NCBI GenBank assembly: GCA_002269645.1
Contig: NIVC01000859.1
Span: 124,001 to 188,000 of the forward strand
Direction: 5' to 3'
Source: Macrostomum lignano
Taxonomy: Eukaryota
DNA length: 64,000 nt
Shown here: positions 11,792-23,711 of the stretch, piece after piece
Position numbering within the stretch: the first letter of the stretch is position 1
Layout: each line of letters begins with the position of its first letter
Translations under genes and position numbers: made by a program
The notes under the pieces: model-generated
The model's input: only the letters and a program-made list of their open reading frames with translations
Databases searched by the model: none
What the model was told of the DNA's origin: nothing

Positions 11792-12133
11792 CTCCGTTGT
11801 AGGACAAAATTTCTCCATGTGCGGACAAAATTTCTCCGTGTGCGGACAAAATTTCTCCGTGTGCAGACAAAATTTCTCCGTGTGCAGACAAAATTTCTCC
11901 GTGTGCGGACAAAATTTCTCCGTGTGCAGACAAAATTTCTCCGTGTGCGGACAAAATTTCTCCGTGTGCAGACAAAATTTCTCCGTGTGCGGACAAAATT
12001 TCTCCGTGTGCAGACAAAATTTCTCCGTGTGAAGACAAAATTTCTCCGTTGTAGGACAAAATTTCACCGTGTGCGGACAAAATTTCTCAGTGTGCAGACA
12101 AAATTTCTCCGTGTGCGGACAAAATTTCTCCGT
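11792..12133. repeat. 21-bp minisatellite TGTGC(G/A)GACAAAATTTCTCCG, about 16 units
   Basis: Visible tandem units. Confidence 0.95.
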
Positions 12134-12345
12134 GGCATCCGGGGCAGCGGAGTCAGCAAATCTTCAGGAGCGATGGAAGTTCAGGTAAAGTCCGTCAAAC
12201 AGGTCTCAGAAACCCCTGAAAGACTTACCGGAGAGCTCAGCGCCGCAGGTGGCAAAGCTGGTGAGCAGCGGACACTCGGGCAAGTCGCGGAGCATCGGAG
12301 CAGCGCTGTGATGTCTTCCTTATTACCAAGACTTTCTCGGTAATC
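12134..12345 (-). pseudogene. Degenerate LRR-like fragment (F-box/LRR family paralogous piece)
   Basis: DYRESLGNKEDITALLRC, then after a frameshift LRDLPECPLLTSFATCGAELSG with stops. Resembles the 15945-16680 pieces (FYRDSDEQLRKILRC, LADLAECPRLSLL, STGAELGG). Confidence 0.4.
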
Positions 12346-12375
12346 AAGGAACAATCACTTCTAGCTACTTTGCTA

Positions 12376-13197
12376 GGCAACCCAGGTATCAAATGAAGGT
12401 ACTGCTTACCTTGACTCCGGTTTGAGAGATCTCCTTGTAGTACTAGGACTTCTTAATTGACTCGTTAGACATCTATTTCATAAACCAGGTCCACGTTCCT
12501 TTACTTCCGCTGAAGTCGTTTCCGGCCGGTATCTGTCGTTTGGACCAATCAGAAGCTTCGTGTTATCGATGGGAATCCCTGCACCTTAATGCGGTTTCAA
12601 GTAAGCCTTCTCCTTCTAGTGGTGTCTTAATGCAAGCTGATAGTCCTCTAAGATCTATCAGGATAGTCCTTCGGGAGACTACAACCAATGGAGTCTCAAT
12701 AGACTCAAACACCTGGCGCAAATGAATAAGGCTTACCGCAAGAACTCGACCGAGTCTCGATTTACTTGGTCGGAAGGAAGACCTTTGGAGGCTTCCTCTC
12801 GGAGCTTTTCTTCCTTCTGGAAGGCAAAAATTTGAGCTCCGGTCCGCTCCGGATCACTTGTATTTATAGGCAATCGGACCCCACATGAGGTCATTGAGTC
12901 CATTGTCTTAAATGTCAAAGGTTCACGGATTGGCTGCTGTCAAACATGACAGGTTAGAAAGTTACTCCATTGGTTTAGTGTGAGCATGCATGATTGGTTA
13001 CCATAGCTGAGTTATTTTTAGATATCTTTGATTGGTTCATCTGAGTGCAGACTGAATGATGTATCGCAACTGGGGTTTGAGCTGACAATCGCGGGTAACA
13101 CGTGATTGCGTGATTTCTAAAATTAGCATGCTCGAGATTTCTCTCTTCCTATTGGTTGATTCAAGTATATGTATGGTTCATCGCATATCTTTATACA
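12376..13197 (-). mobile_element. Probable solo LTR (822 bp)
   Basis: 5-bp direct repeat TGCTA on both sides (12371-12375, 13198-13202). Minus strand starts TGTAT, has five CCAAT boxes, then TATAAATA (12868-12861) and GTAAGC donors (12736 and about 12407). The 3' end reads GTTGCC rather than canonical CA. Confidence 0.55.
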
Positions 13198-13214
13198 TGC
13201 TACTTAGTATACTA

Positions 13215-14130
13215 CTAGCAATCTAGTGCGGCCCCGTTCGGGGCGCCCAATAAGCAAGGAGCAAAAATAGTTAATGGAAAACAATCGCAAAAATGCAAAA
13301 ATAATGTGCAAAAAGCACATTTTCTTAAGAACCAATTCCTTCTTAATTTTTAAAAATCACCTGATTCGTGCAAAATTGTCACGGACAAAGGTGTTTGCTA
13401 GGAATCATCACCTTTTCTCTAAAATAAACAAGCAGACAACAAAATATAGCTCCCTCTAAATAGAAAATATTCCCAAGACAGCAAGCATCCCCCCAGATAG
13501 CAAGCACCCCCTCCCAAAAGTAAGCAACCGCAGATAGCAAGCATCCCCTAATGCTCATAGCAAGCATCACCTCAGATAGCAAGCATCTGCAGATAGCAAG
13601 CATCCCCCAGATAGCAAGCATCACCCCAGATAGCAAGCATCACCCCAGATAGCAAGCATCCCCCAGATAGCAAGCATCACCCCAGATAGCAAGCATCACC
13701 CCAGATAGCAAGCATCACCCCAGATAGCAAGCATCCCCCAGATAGCAAGCATCCTGCAGATAGCAAGCATCCCCCAGATAGCAAGCATCACCCCAGATAG
13801 CAAGCATCACCCCAGATAGCAAGCATCACCCCAGATAGCAAGCATCCCCCAGATAGCAAGCATCCTGCAGATAGCAAGCATCCCCCAGATAGCAAGCATC
13901 CCCCAGATAGCAAGCATCCTGCAGATAGCAAGCATCCCCCAGATAGCAAGCATCCCCCAGATAGCAAGCATCCCCCAGATAGCAAGCATCCTGCAGATAG
14001 CAAGCATCCCCCAGATAGAAGTATCCACCCAGATAGAAGCATCCTGCAGATAGCAAGCATCCCTGGATAGAAAGAATCCCATACATGTAACCAGTACCCA
14101 ATATACTACTGAATAAAATGTGTGAGTAGT
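13215..14130 (-). mobile_element. Non-autonomous Helitron: 3' end clear, 5' end not located
   Basis: Minus strand reads GGGCGCCCCGAACGGGGCCGCACTAGATTGCTAG|T, i.e. a GC hairpin (13231-13244) followed by terminal CTAG at 13218-13215 and then T. The upstream limit is a guess. Confidence 0.6.
13478..14075. repeat. 18-19 bp minisatellite AGATAGCAAGCATC(CCCC/ACCCC/CTGC)
   Basis: About 32 tandem units. Confidence 0.95.
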
Positions 14131-14154
14131 AAATTAACACTTTTTATGTCTTTT

Positions 14155-14553
14155 TTACGGGAGATGGAACACTCTACAGCTGCTCCAGCTTCTCACGGAC
14201 AGGCTGGCGACGCGGCAGACCTGCTCAGCAAACAGCTGCTGGCTGCAGCTCCACCCGACCGCGCATCGCAGGCAGCTGCTCGGCTGTCCATCTGCAGCAG
14301 CGAGAGGCGCGGGCAGCCGGTCAGCAGGCTGCACGCTGCCGCCTAGCCAGTCTCTGAGCCGCTTCATCAGCTCGGCAGATCGCTGATCGCAGATCGCTGA
14401 TGCGGTGCGGCCGTCAATGCGGATTTTGCGCCACAGCCGCGGCTGCGTGGCGAGCCGCCACCAACGCCTGCTCAGCTGAGGGCCCCGGCCGAGGCTGGTC
14501 TGGTCCAGCTCGGACAGGATCTGCGTGAGCAGCTCTTCTGGCAGCTGCTCCAG
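14155..14553 (-). pseudogene. F-box domain exon followed by frameshifted LRR-like sequence
   Basis: Acceptor CTTTCTTACAG| (14555-14554), then LEQLPEELLTQILSELDQTSLGRGPQLSRRWWRLATQPRLWRKIRI (F-box pattern LPxE(I/L)LxxIL...SRRW...LW). An alternative frame downstream gives LLTGCPRLSLLQM. Confidence 0.7.
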
Positions 14554-15097
14554 CTGTAAGAAAGAAAGCAGAATATTTGAAGAAACAGACGGAAGCGACT
14601 GCCTCCTGTTGTCAAGAAAGCAGCAAAATTGAACAATGGTTTAAAACTGCAGCAACACTGCCCAGCCTACGGTGCAGGCACCAACACTGGCTCATTGAGA
14701 AAATGCATTTATTTTTAACTTGAATCTCCGGTGGGTTTACAGGCTATAACCACAACAGGCTTACAGGTGAACAGGACAAATAGGATTACAGTTAAGAATT
14801 ATATATTAGATGTAAGAGAATGAGTCAAGTAAATATTAGGTGTAGGGGAACAGGTACGAGAAATAAGAGTACAATTTTAAAACGTTTTTTAGTAAAAAAT
14901 TAACTTGTCTAGGAATATAGTTTGTCTGGATAGGGTTCACCAACTTGAAATTTCACAACGTAGAAAACTACTCAATGGTTGTTGTTATAATAAGTTTTCG
15001 ACGTTGTAAACTATTGAATTTATGAAGTCTCTTGCTAAAGTTTAGCAGGGACACGGTGGAAGCCAAACAATTTTTGAATCCTCCAGCCTCCACAAAC

Positions 15098-15942
15098 TGC
15101 TGAGTGTGAGCATCTGGGAGAGCAGCAGTGTGAGCATCTGGGAGAGCAGCAGTGTGAGCATCTGGGAGAGCAGCAGTCTGAGCATCTGGGAGAGCAGCAG
15201 TGTGAGCATCTGGGAGAGCAGTCAGCAGTGTGAGCATCTGGGAGAGCAGCAGTCTGAGCATCTGGGAGAGCAGCAGTGTGAGCATCTGGGAGAGCAGCAG
15301 TCTGAGCATCTGGGAGAGCAGCAGTCTGAGCATCTGGGAGAGCAGCAGTGTGAGCATCTGGGAGAGCAGCAGTCTGAGCATCTGGGAGAGCAGCAGTCTG
15401 AGCATCTGGGAGAGCAGCAGTGTGAGCATCTGGGAGAGCAGTCAGCAGTGTGAGCATCTGGGAGAGCAGCAGTCTGAGCATCTGGGAGAGCAGTCAGCAG
15501 TGTGAGCATCTGGGAGAGCAGCAGTGTGAGCATCTGGGAGAGCAGCAGTGTGAGCATCTGGGAGAGCAGCAGTGTGAGCATCTGGGAGAGCAGCAGTGTG
15601 AGCATCTGGGAGAGCAGCAGTGTGAGCATCTGGGAGAGCAGCAGTCTGAGCATCTGGGAGAGCAGCAGTGTGAGCATCTGGGAGAGCAGCAGTGTGAGCA
15701 TCTGGGAGAGCAGCAGTCTGAGCATCTGGGAGAGCAGCAGTGTGAGCATCTGGGAGAGCAGCAGTGTGAGCATCTGGGAGAGCAGCAGTCTGAGCATCTG
15801 GGAGAGCAGCAGTGTGAGCATCTGGGAGAGCAGCAGTGTGAGCATCTGGGAGAGCAGCAGTCTGAGCATCTGGGAGAGCAGCAGTGTGAGCATCTGGGAG
15901 AGCAGCAGTCTGAGCATCTGGGAGAGCAGCAGTCTGAGCATC
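15098..15942. repeat. 24-bp minisatellite GAGCATCTGGGAGAGCAGCAGT(G/C)T with 28-bp variants
   Basis: About 35 tandem units. Source of many repeat ORFs in the track. Confidence 0.95.
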
Positions 15943-15944
15943 AA

Positions 15945-16680
15945 TCCGAGTATCTACCACAGGAGCGGCAAGGTGAGCGGGACTCACCTGGACAGCCACT
16001 CAGAATGTCAGACAACTGTAAGCTCCATGGATCATCAAAGAACGACCCCGTGAGCTGCAGCCGCTGAAGCCCCGGTGGCAGCGGACCGCCCAGCTCAGCT
16101 CCGGTAGAGCACTGACTTCCGTGAATCATAACTCGAAGGTCCGCAAGGCCGGCAGGCAGGCAGCGGAGGATCTTGCGGAGTTGCTCATCTGAGTCTCGGT
16201 AAAACACTAAATCGAGGCTCTCAAACGAGGGCCGGCTGGGCAGCAGCCACAATGCTACCTTCGTATTACAATAACGAAGGCTCAGGTGCCTCAAGCTGGG
16301 TACGGGCTTGAATTCAGAATAAGCACTAGTACAGAGGAGTGGCAAGCGCAAAGTCCTGCAATTGCCATTCTTCCAATCTTTTTAGTCGTCTTTAAAACAG
16401 ATTTTCCAGACGAGTGATTCTACAGGTTGGGCGGTCCGTGCTGTGAGATGGGGACTTCAGCAGCGCTGATGCATTTTAAAGCAGCACCGGGGCTTCAAGC
16501 AGATTCCCATGCACGGGTGCCAAGTGAATATTTAAATAAGCCAAGTGAAAAGGGGAAGGTACTGACGGTTGGCTGCCAGCCGCACCGACAACAAGGAGAG
16601 CCGGGGACACTCTGCCAGATCAGCAAGGAGCTTCGAAGCACCGATGCACGGCAGGTGCAGCGTGCTTCTGCAAATTGTCA
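15945..16680 (-). pseudogene. LRR-like (FBXL-type) coding fragments
   Basis: PSLRHLSLRYC, SFESLDLVF, PPGLQRLQL (LxxLxL pattern) in ORF 15941..16351. Upstream LHLPCIGASKLLADLAECPRLSLLSV ends in a stop. Confidence 0.45.
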
Positions 16681-17198
16681 ATAAAGTTCTACACTTACCA
16701 AGTTACAAAATTGCCCCTCTAGCGTGCTTCAGTGATACTTGAACTAAAAAAGAGCCTTTCGCTAAGTAGTTCATGTGATATCATATGTAATTACTATAGA
16801 CGTGGGCCATTTAAAAGAAAAAAAAATACACAGCAGTAGCTATATTGTTAATAGTATCTAACAGCTAGATGTCCCAAACTTATATTTATGTATATTCTTG
16901 AAAATCAATCAAGTTACATGCATTTATAGACACATGCATCTCTGTAGTATTCAGGGGCAAGCTTTAAACTTGTGTTATTTTAATGTGCATGAAAGTACAA
17001 AAACACATGTTATTAAAGAGTCAAGCGATATAAAAAAGAAACACTTAAGAAACTAGGAAAAAACTTTTAAATACGTAAAATAAATATAGTTTATAGACAA
17101 CTGCTGGCAACAAAATTCTACAATGAATACGTAACTTTACAGTTTATAACGATTCATATTGTTCTGACGATCAAGTGTTGTAGTGTCAGTCCGGATCG

Positions 17199-17726
17199 TT
17201 ACACCAGAACTATCCGCAATATCACAATAGAGCCGGGAAAGCCGACAAGCAATTTGAAACGTAAATCTTCACCTGCCAAATCATTGTTGGGCTCGCCGCT
17301 GCCCCACACAGTCGGGCTGACGCTGGTGTTGCAGCCGATCCAGAAAAATCCGTCATCTGGCTCAGCACTGCCAGGGTACTGGCGGCCTCCCAGCCAGAAC
17401 GACTGTCCAGAGTTGTAGGTGGATAAAATCACGTCGATGTGACTCAGTTCCTCAGCGCTGGTCACGTCGGCCATGATGACCAGACCGCTCTCTGACTCGC
17501 ACTTCTGCCTGCTCGGCCACCACGTCCCGATGCCAGAGTACAGCCTGTACTTCACTCCGCACAGGTCCATGCCGTAGCCAGACGGACACAGCGCGCCCGC
17601 CTCGAGTCCCGGCCGCTGCTTGACGAACACCCGGCCTCTCCTGGAGCAGCCGCAGCTCCTCACCGACTTGCTGCACTTGTCTTCTGTGCCTGCGTGTCCC
17701 GTGAGTCTGCCATAGAGCCAGTGCGC
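17199..17726 (-). pseudogene. C-type lectin domain exon, apparently disrupted after the EPN motif
   Basis: CPSGY...KYRLY...TWWPSRQKCE...MADVTSAEELSHI...FWLGG...FFW...WGSGEPNN...GED. The C-terminal C..LYCD occurs only in another frame and there is no in-frame WND. Acceptor is supplied by the adjacent (GACA)n (17728-17727). Confidence 0.75.
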
Positions 17727-17755
17727 CTGTCTGCCTGTCTGTCTGTCTGTCTGCC

Positions 17756-17824
<69 letters not shown>

Positions 17825-17883
17825 GCCTTTCAGTCTGTCTGCCTGTCTGTCTGCCTGTCTGCCTGTCTGTCTGTCTGTCTGCC

Positions 17884-17924
<41 letters not shown>

Positions 17925-17941
17925 GCCTGTTTGTCTGTCTT

Positions 17942-18035
<94 letters not shown>

Positions 18036-18095
18036 CTCTCTGTCTGTCTGTCTGCCTGTCTGTCTGCCTGTCTGCCTGTCTGTCTGTCTGTCTGC

Positions 18096-18191
<96 letters not shown>

Positions 18192-18192
18192 A

Positions 18193-18227
<35 letters not shown>

Positions 18228-18230
18228 GTC
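17727..18230. repeat. (TGTC)n microsatellite
   Basis: Direct observation. Confidence 0.97.
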
Positions 18231-18465
18231 TGTTACTGTCTACCTGTTTTTCTTTCCCGCCTGTCTATCTAGCTTGTACTGCAAGGATACAGTGTATTCT
18301 AGTAATCGATAACACTAGGAAATAACAATGGAATTTTCCACAAAACATCGATATTAAAAAATTAGTAAGCAAGTAACTCTACTAACAGTAATAAAGTATT
18401 AAGTAGACTGTAAAAGTTGTAGAAAATGTGGAAGTAAACATTTTTTCTGAGGTTGATCAACGAGC

Positions 18466-19188
18466 TTTAGCACCAGAGGCTTTAGCACCAGGGGCTTTAG
18501 CACCAGGGGCTTTAGCACCAGGGGCTTAGCACCAGGGGCTTTAGCACCAGGGGCGCCAGCACCAGGGGCGCCAGCACCAGGGGCGCCAGCACCAGGGGCG
18601 CCAGCACCAGGGGCGCCAGCACCAGGGGCGCCAGCACCAGGGGCGCCAGCACCAGGGGCGCCAGCACCAGGGGCGCCAGCACCAGGGGCGCCAGCACCAG
18701 GGGCGCCAGCACCAGGGGCGCCAGCACCAGGGGCGCCAGCACCAGGGGCGCCAGCACCAGGGGCGCCAGCACCAGGGGCGCCAGCACCAGGGGCGCCAGC
18801 ACCAGGGGCGCCAGCACCAGGGGCGCCAGCACCAGGGGCGCCAGCACCAGGGGCGCCAGCACCAGGGGCGCCAGCACCAGGGGCGCCAGCACCAGGGGCG
18901 CCAGCACCAGGGGCGCCAGCACCAGGGGCGCCAGCACCAGGGGCGCCAGCACCAGGGGCGCCAGCACCAGGGGCGCCAGCACCAGGGGCGCCAGCACCAG
19001 GGGCGCCAGCACCAGGGGCGCCAGCACCAGGGGCGCCAGCACCAGGGGCGCCAGCACCAGGGGCGCCAGCACCAGGGGCGCCAGCACCAGGGGCGCCAGC
19101 ACCAGGGGCGCCAGCACCAGGGGCGCCAGAACCAGGGGCGCCAGAACCAGGGGCGCCAGCACCAGGGGCGCCAGCACCAGGGGCGTCA
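18466..19188. repeat. 15-bp GC-rich minisatellite AGCACCAGGGGCGCC, about 48 units
   Basis: Near-perfect array. Variant units (GGGCTTT) are confined to the left edge. Confidence 0.97.
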
Positions 19189-19861
19189 GCTACGAAATGT
19201 AGAACTCCGCTAATATAGCACTCAGATTACCATATTTGGAATTGGCTTTACCACTGAAGAAGTTCATCAATAGATTTACCATGAACAGCGCGCCCCCTGT
19301 CAAAAGCTGTGGCATATTACACTGTTATATAACTCGCATCGAAAATCTTGCCAAGAAAAGTTTTGTTCCGCCAAGTAAATCTTTTTGAGAGGCGTTGTGA
19401 AGGCGTGGCTTCCAAGCGCTTGCAATACTAATGATAATAACCACTTTCTTGGCCTTAAGCTAGATCAAAAGTCATCGAACCGTGGCAGTTGCTTTTGTCT
19501 GAACCAACTGAGCAACAAGATTCTGGGAGAGAATTGCTTTAATGACAATAAGCAGGCGAAAGGTTGAAAATACGGTTGGACTCTTGGCAGTGACAAACAG
19601 GCAGACAAAACTCACTGGGGTCCAGTTGTCAACTGTCAAATAATGACTAAGGAAATGTCCCTAGGGCAAAGCTGAGATTTTCTTTTTGTAGAGAATGTTA
19701 AAACTTCATTTGCATGGCTACAGAATTAAGTGGCATTTTACCTTTCTTATAGGTCAGACAATTTAACCGATTTTTATAATTGCAGCTAACTTGATGCTGT
19801 TATTTCTTCTTTTTGGCTTTGTAGTTTAATTTTAAACCCATAAGCGATGCCCAGTGTCTGT

Positions 19862-21180
19862 TTGGCAACCCTAAGAGTCCATTCGGCAACCCTAAGAGTC
19901 CATTCGACAACCCTAAGAGTCCATTCGGCAACCCTAAGAGTCCACTCCGCAACCCTAAGAGCCCATTCGACAACCCCAAGAGTCCACTCCGCAACCCTAA
20001 GAGCCCATTCGACAACCCTAAGAGTCCATTCGACAACCCTAAGAGTCCATTCGACAACCCTAAGAGTCCATTCGACAACCCTAAAAGCCCATTCGACAAC
20101 CCTAAGAGTCCATTCGACAACCCTAAGAGTCCATTCGGCAACCCTAAGAGTCCATTCGACAACCCTAAAAGCCCATTCGACAACCCTAAGAGCCCATTCG
20201 ACAACCCTAAGAGTCCATTCGACAACCCTAAGAGTCCATTCGACAACCCTAAGAGTCCATTCGACAACCCTAAGAGACCATTCGACAACCCTAAGAGTCC
20301 ATTCGGTAACCCTAAGAGTCCACTCCGCAACCCTAAGAGTCCATTCGACAACCCTAGGAGTCCATTCGGCAACCCTAAGAGTCCATTCGACAACCCTAAG
20401 AGTCCATTCGACAACCCTAAGAGCCCATTCGACAGCCCTAAGAGTCCATTCGGCAACCCTAAGAGTCCATTCGACAACCCTAAAAGCCCATTCGACAACC
20501 CTAAGAGCCCATTCGACAACCCTAAGAGTCCATTCGACAACCCTAAGAGTCCATTCGACAACCCTAAGAGTCCATTCGACAACCCTAAGAGTCCATTCGG
20601 CAACCCTAAGAGTCCACTCCGCAACCCTAAGAGCCCATTCGACAACCCCAAGAGTCCACTCCGCAACCCTAAGAGCCCATTCGACAACCCTAAGAGTCCA
20701 TTCGACAACCCTAAGAGTCCATTCGACAACCCTAAGAGTCCATTCGACAACCCTAAAAGCCCATTCGACAACCCTAAGAGTCCATTCGACAACCCTAAGA
20801 GTCCATTCGGCAACCCTAAGAGTCCATTCGACAACCCTAAAAGCCCATTCGACAACCCTAAGAGCCCATTCGACAACCCTAAGAGTCCATTCGACAACCC
20901 TAAGAGTCCATTCGACAACCCTAAGAGTCCATTCGACAACCCTAAGAGACCATTCGACAACCCTAAGAGTCCATTCGGTAACCCTAAGAGTCCACTCCGC
21001 AACCCTAAGAGTCCATTCGACAACCCTAGGAGTCCATTCGGCAACCCTAAGAGTCCATTCGACAACCCTAAGAGTCCATTCGACAACCCTAAGAGCCCAT
21101 TCGACAGCCCTAAGAGTCCATTCGGCAACCCTAAGAGTCCATTCGACAACCCTAAAAGCCCATTCGACAACCCTAAGAGT
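19862..21180. repeat. 21-bp minisatellite AACCCTAAGAGTCCATTCGAC with a 672-bp higher-order repeat
   Basis: About 63 units. Rare variants recur exactly 672 bp apart (19969/20641; 20271/20943). Confidence 0.95.
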
Positions 21181-22475
21181 CATTTAAATGCCTTTTCAGC
21201 GCCTCCGGAATGCAGTTTGTGCCCCGCTCTCATTTATTTACCTGTTAACTGACTTCCTGTGACTTTTTTTCACACATCCCCTTTATCCTCCCATTCCACA
21301 GGTTCATACATCATAATAACACCGCTCGCTTCCCAAGTCAAGAGCAATAAGTCAGAGAATTATTGTAAACCAGCTATAGCTTAAGATAACTATGTATCAA
21401 GCAATTCCCCAGGGACAAATTGCCCATGCCTATAAAGCCTTCCACCCATCATTCGCACAAGAAACTTTCTACTTCCATCCAGAGCCAGAGAAACTTCCCT
21501 AGCAACAGCTTCTAAGCTGTGATAGGTAGCGGGCTCTGGGTCCTGTCACTCGTCAGGCGGAAGCGAGGAGAGGAGAGAGAGAGAGGTGTTCGCTTCCTGT
21601 CAGGATGAAGCCAAGGAAAGGTGAAAGAGTGGAACAGAATCTTTCTTGAAAGGGCTGCTGCTTGCACCTTCTCTCTCTTGAAATGATGCAACCAAGCGTT
21701 CTGTGCAGCTCGGGTAGCGGTCAGCAACCGTCTCGTTCGTTACCTAAGGAAGTATATATTTTTAAACAAAGGGCCCATCAGCAGCAACAGGTGCTCCTCT
21801 TGGTACAGATCAATGAATGGTGCTTTGACCACAGAACCAAGTGGCATTGCAGTTACTGTAGAAGTTCGAATTACATTATGGGTCAGGAAACTGGGTCTTC
21901 TCCATCTCGGCAAACTTGCAGTTGTCATATTATATATACAATATACAACCCCTGTGCCTGACCTACCCCTCTCGCAGCCAAAGGTTTTCGAGTTGCTAAG
22001 CATGGCCAAAGTAAAGCTCCAACGGAAGGAAAGGAGATCGCGCGGTCCAAATGACAACTGTTTAAGACGCTAGCTTTCCCATGACTCTGCTGTATGACAT
22101 GATTTATTGCATATAGTATATAGAGTAATTATAATATACGACTCTCATGCTAACAGCTAAAAAGTAAGGTGATAACTTCGTGTAGTGTGTTTTTTTTGTT
22201 GTTGCTAGGCCAAACAAATCATTGATCACTTGACAGTCAAAGGATTTCCTTCATATAGCTTTTTCGCTTTGAAGAGTTTTATGGAGATATGACCAACTAG
22301 CGAACTAGCGAATAAATAAATGATTCAATTGACTTCCGCTTGAAACCTGGTCTCTGAGACGCTGACCAAGAGTGGTGTTGATCTTGACACCTTTTTTAGA
22401 AACTGTCTCTATATTGTGTGTATGTGTGTGTCCTTTTGTGTTCTTGCAGCTGGCGCCTCTCATTATTCTAGATTT

Positions 22476-23015
22476 GTCTGTCAGCATCTGCCTGTCAGTG
22501 TCTGTCTGCAGTGTCTGTCTGTCAGTATCTGTCTGTCTGTCTGTCTGTCAGTGTCTGTCAGTGTCTGTTTGTCAGTATCTGTCTGTCTGTCTGGCAGTAT
22601 CTGTCTGTCACTATCTGTCTGTCTGTCTGTCAGTATCTGTCTGTCTGTCTGTCTGTCAGTGTCTGTCAGTGTCTGTTTGTCAGTATCTGTCTGTCTGTCT
22701 GGCAGTATCTGTCTGTCACTATCTGTCTGTCTGTCTGTCCGTATCTGTCTGTCTGTCCGTCTGTCTGTCAGTGTCTGTCAGTGTCTGTTTGTCAGTATCT
22801 GTCTGTCTGTCTGGCAGTATCTGTCTGTCACTATCTGTCTGTCTGTCCGTATCTGTCTGTCTGGCAGTATCTGTCTTCAGAATCTGTCTGTCAGTGCCTG
22901 TGGGCTGTCTGTCTGTCATTGTCTGTCTGTCAGTATCTGTCTTGTCTGTCTTTCTGTCATGTGTGTCCTTCTGTCTGTCAGTGTCTGTCTGTCAGTATCT
23001 TCCTGTCAGTCTGTC
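22476..23015. repeat. Compound TGTC/CAGTATC microsatellite
   Basis: Direct observation. Confidence 0.9.
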
Positions 23016-23711
23016 ACTGCAAATGCATAATTAACCATGCAGCCCCAACCCCAGTCAATTGACAACACCCAAAAGCAGCCCCCGGCCCCCTATACACATA
23101 GCTTCTCTACAGCTTCGCGAAAAAAAGGTTTGATGAAGCATTAATCTTGTTGATTAGGCCAAGTCAGATTGGCCCCCGCACAGCGGTGAAATTGGTTTCA
23201 AACAATTTCTCCCTCCGACGTGGCATTTTGATCAAACGCGGTGGGAGGCTGTTTGAGCAAGGCAGTCATGATGAACCGGCACTGCAGATCTCAAGGTCTG
23301 ATTTGGAGAACTGCACATGCAGGCTCCCGGGCCCAGTAGCGATTGGGCAAAGATTAACCCCTGTTTGACATTTGATATCAGGCCCAGCCCTGGGGTTCCT
23401 CACACAGCACTGTGGGTGTTTGTCAAACCCTTTCTCTGTATTGAGCAGAGCAATGCTATGAATGAAGACGGAGGGCCCTTGGAGAGAAATTTATATATTT
23501 TTATTTCCCGAATATCTGCTTTTTTGATGCTCTAATGTTGAGATATTTATCTGAGTTGTTCTGTGTTGTTGGCGATGCTTTTCCCATCTTTGAGGCATTC
23601 TTTCTTTGATCCCAATTATTATTATCATTGTAGATTTGAGTGGCAGATTTATAACATCTCATGCCCTTCATAACCTTTTTGGTTGCTTTTGGATTCTGAT
23701 TCCGCATTGTT

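Noticed and set aside
14968-16067. Long repetitive ORFs (LLLSQM, SIWESS, QCEHLGEQ) as proteins
   Set aside because: All frames on both strands are open because the 24-bp unit lacks stops. There is no splice or start context.
18512-21187. 221-465 aa ORFs (VLAPL, SNGLLGL, TLRVHS repeats) as structural or antifreeze-like proteins
   Set aside because: They are pure translations of 15-bp and 21-bp minisatellites, open in several frames simultaneously.
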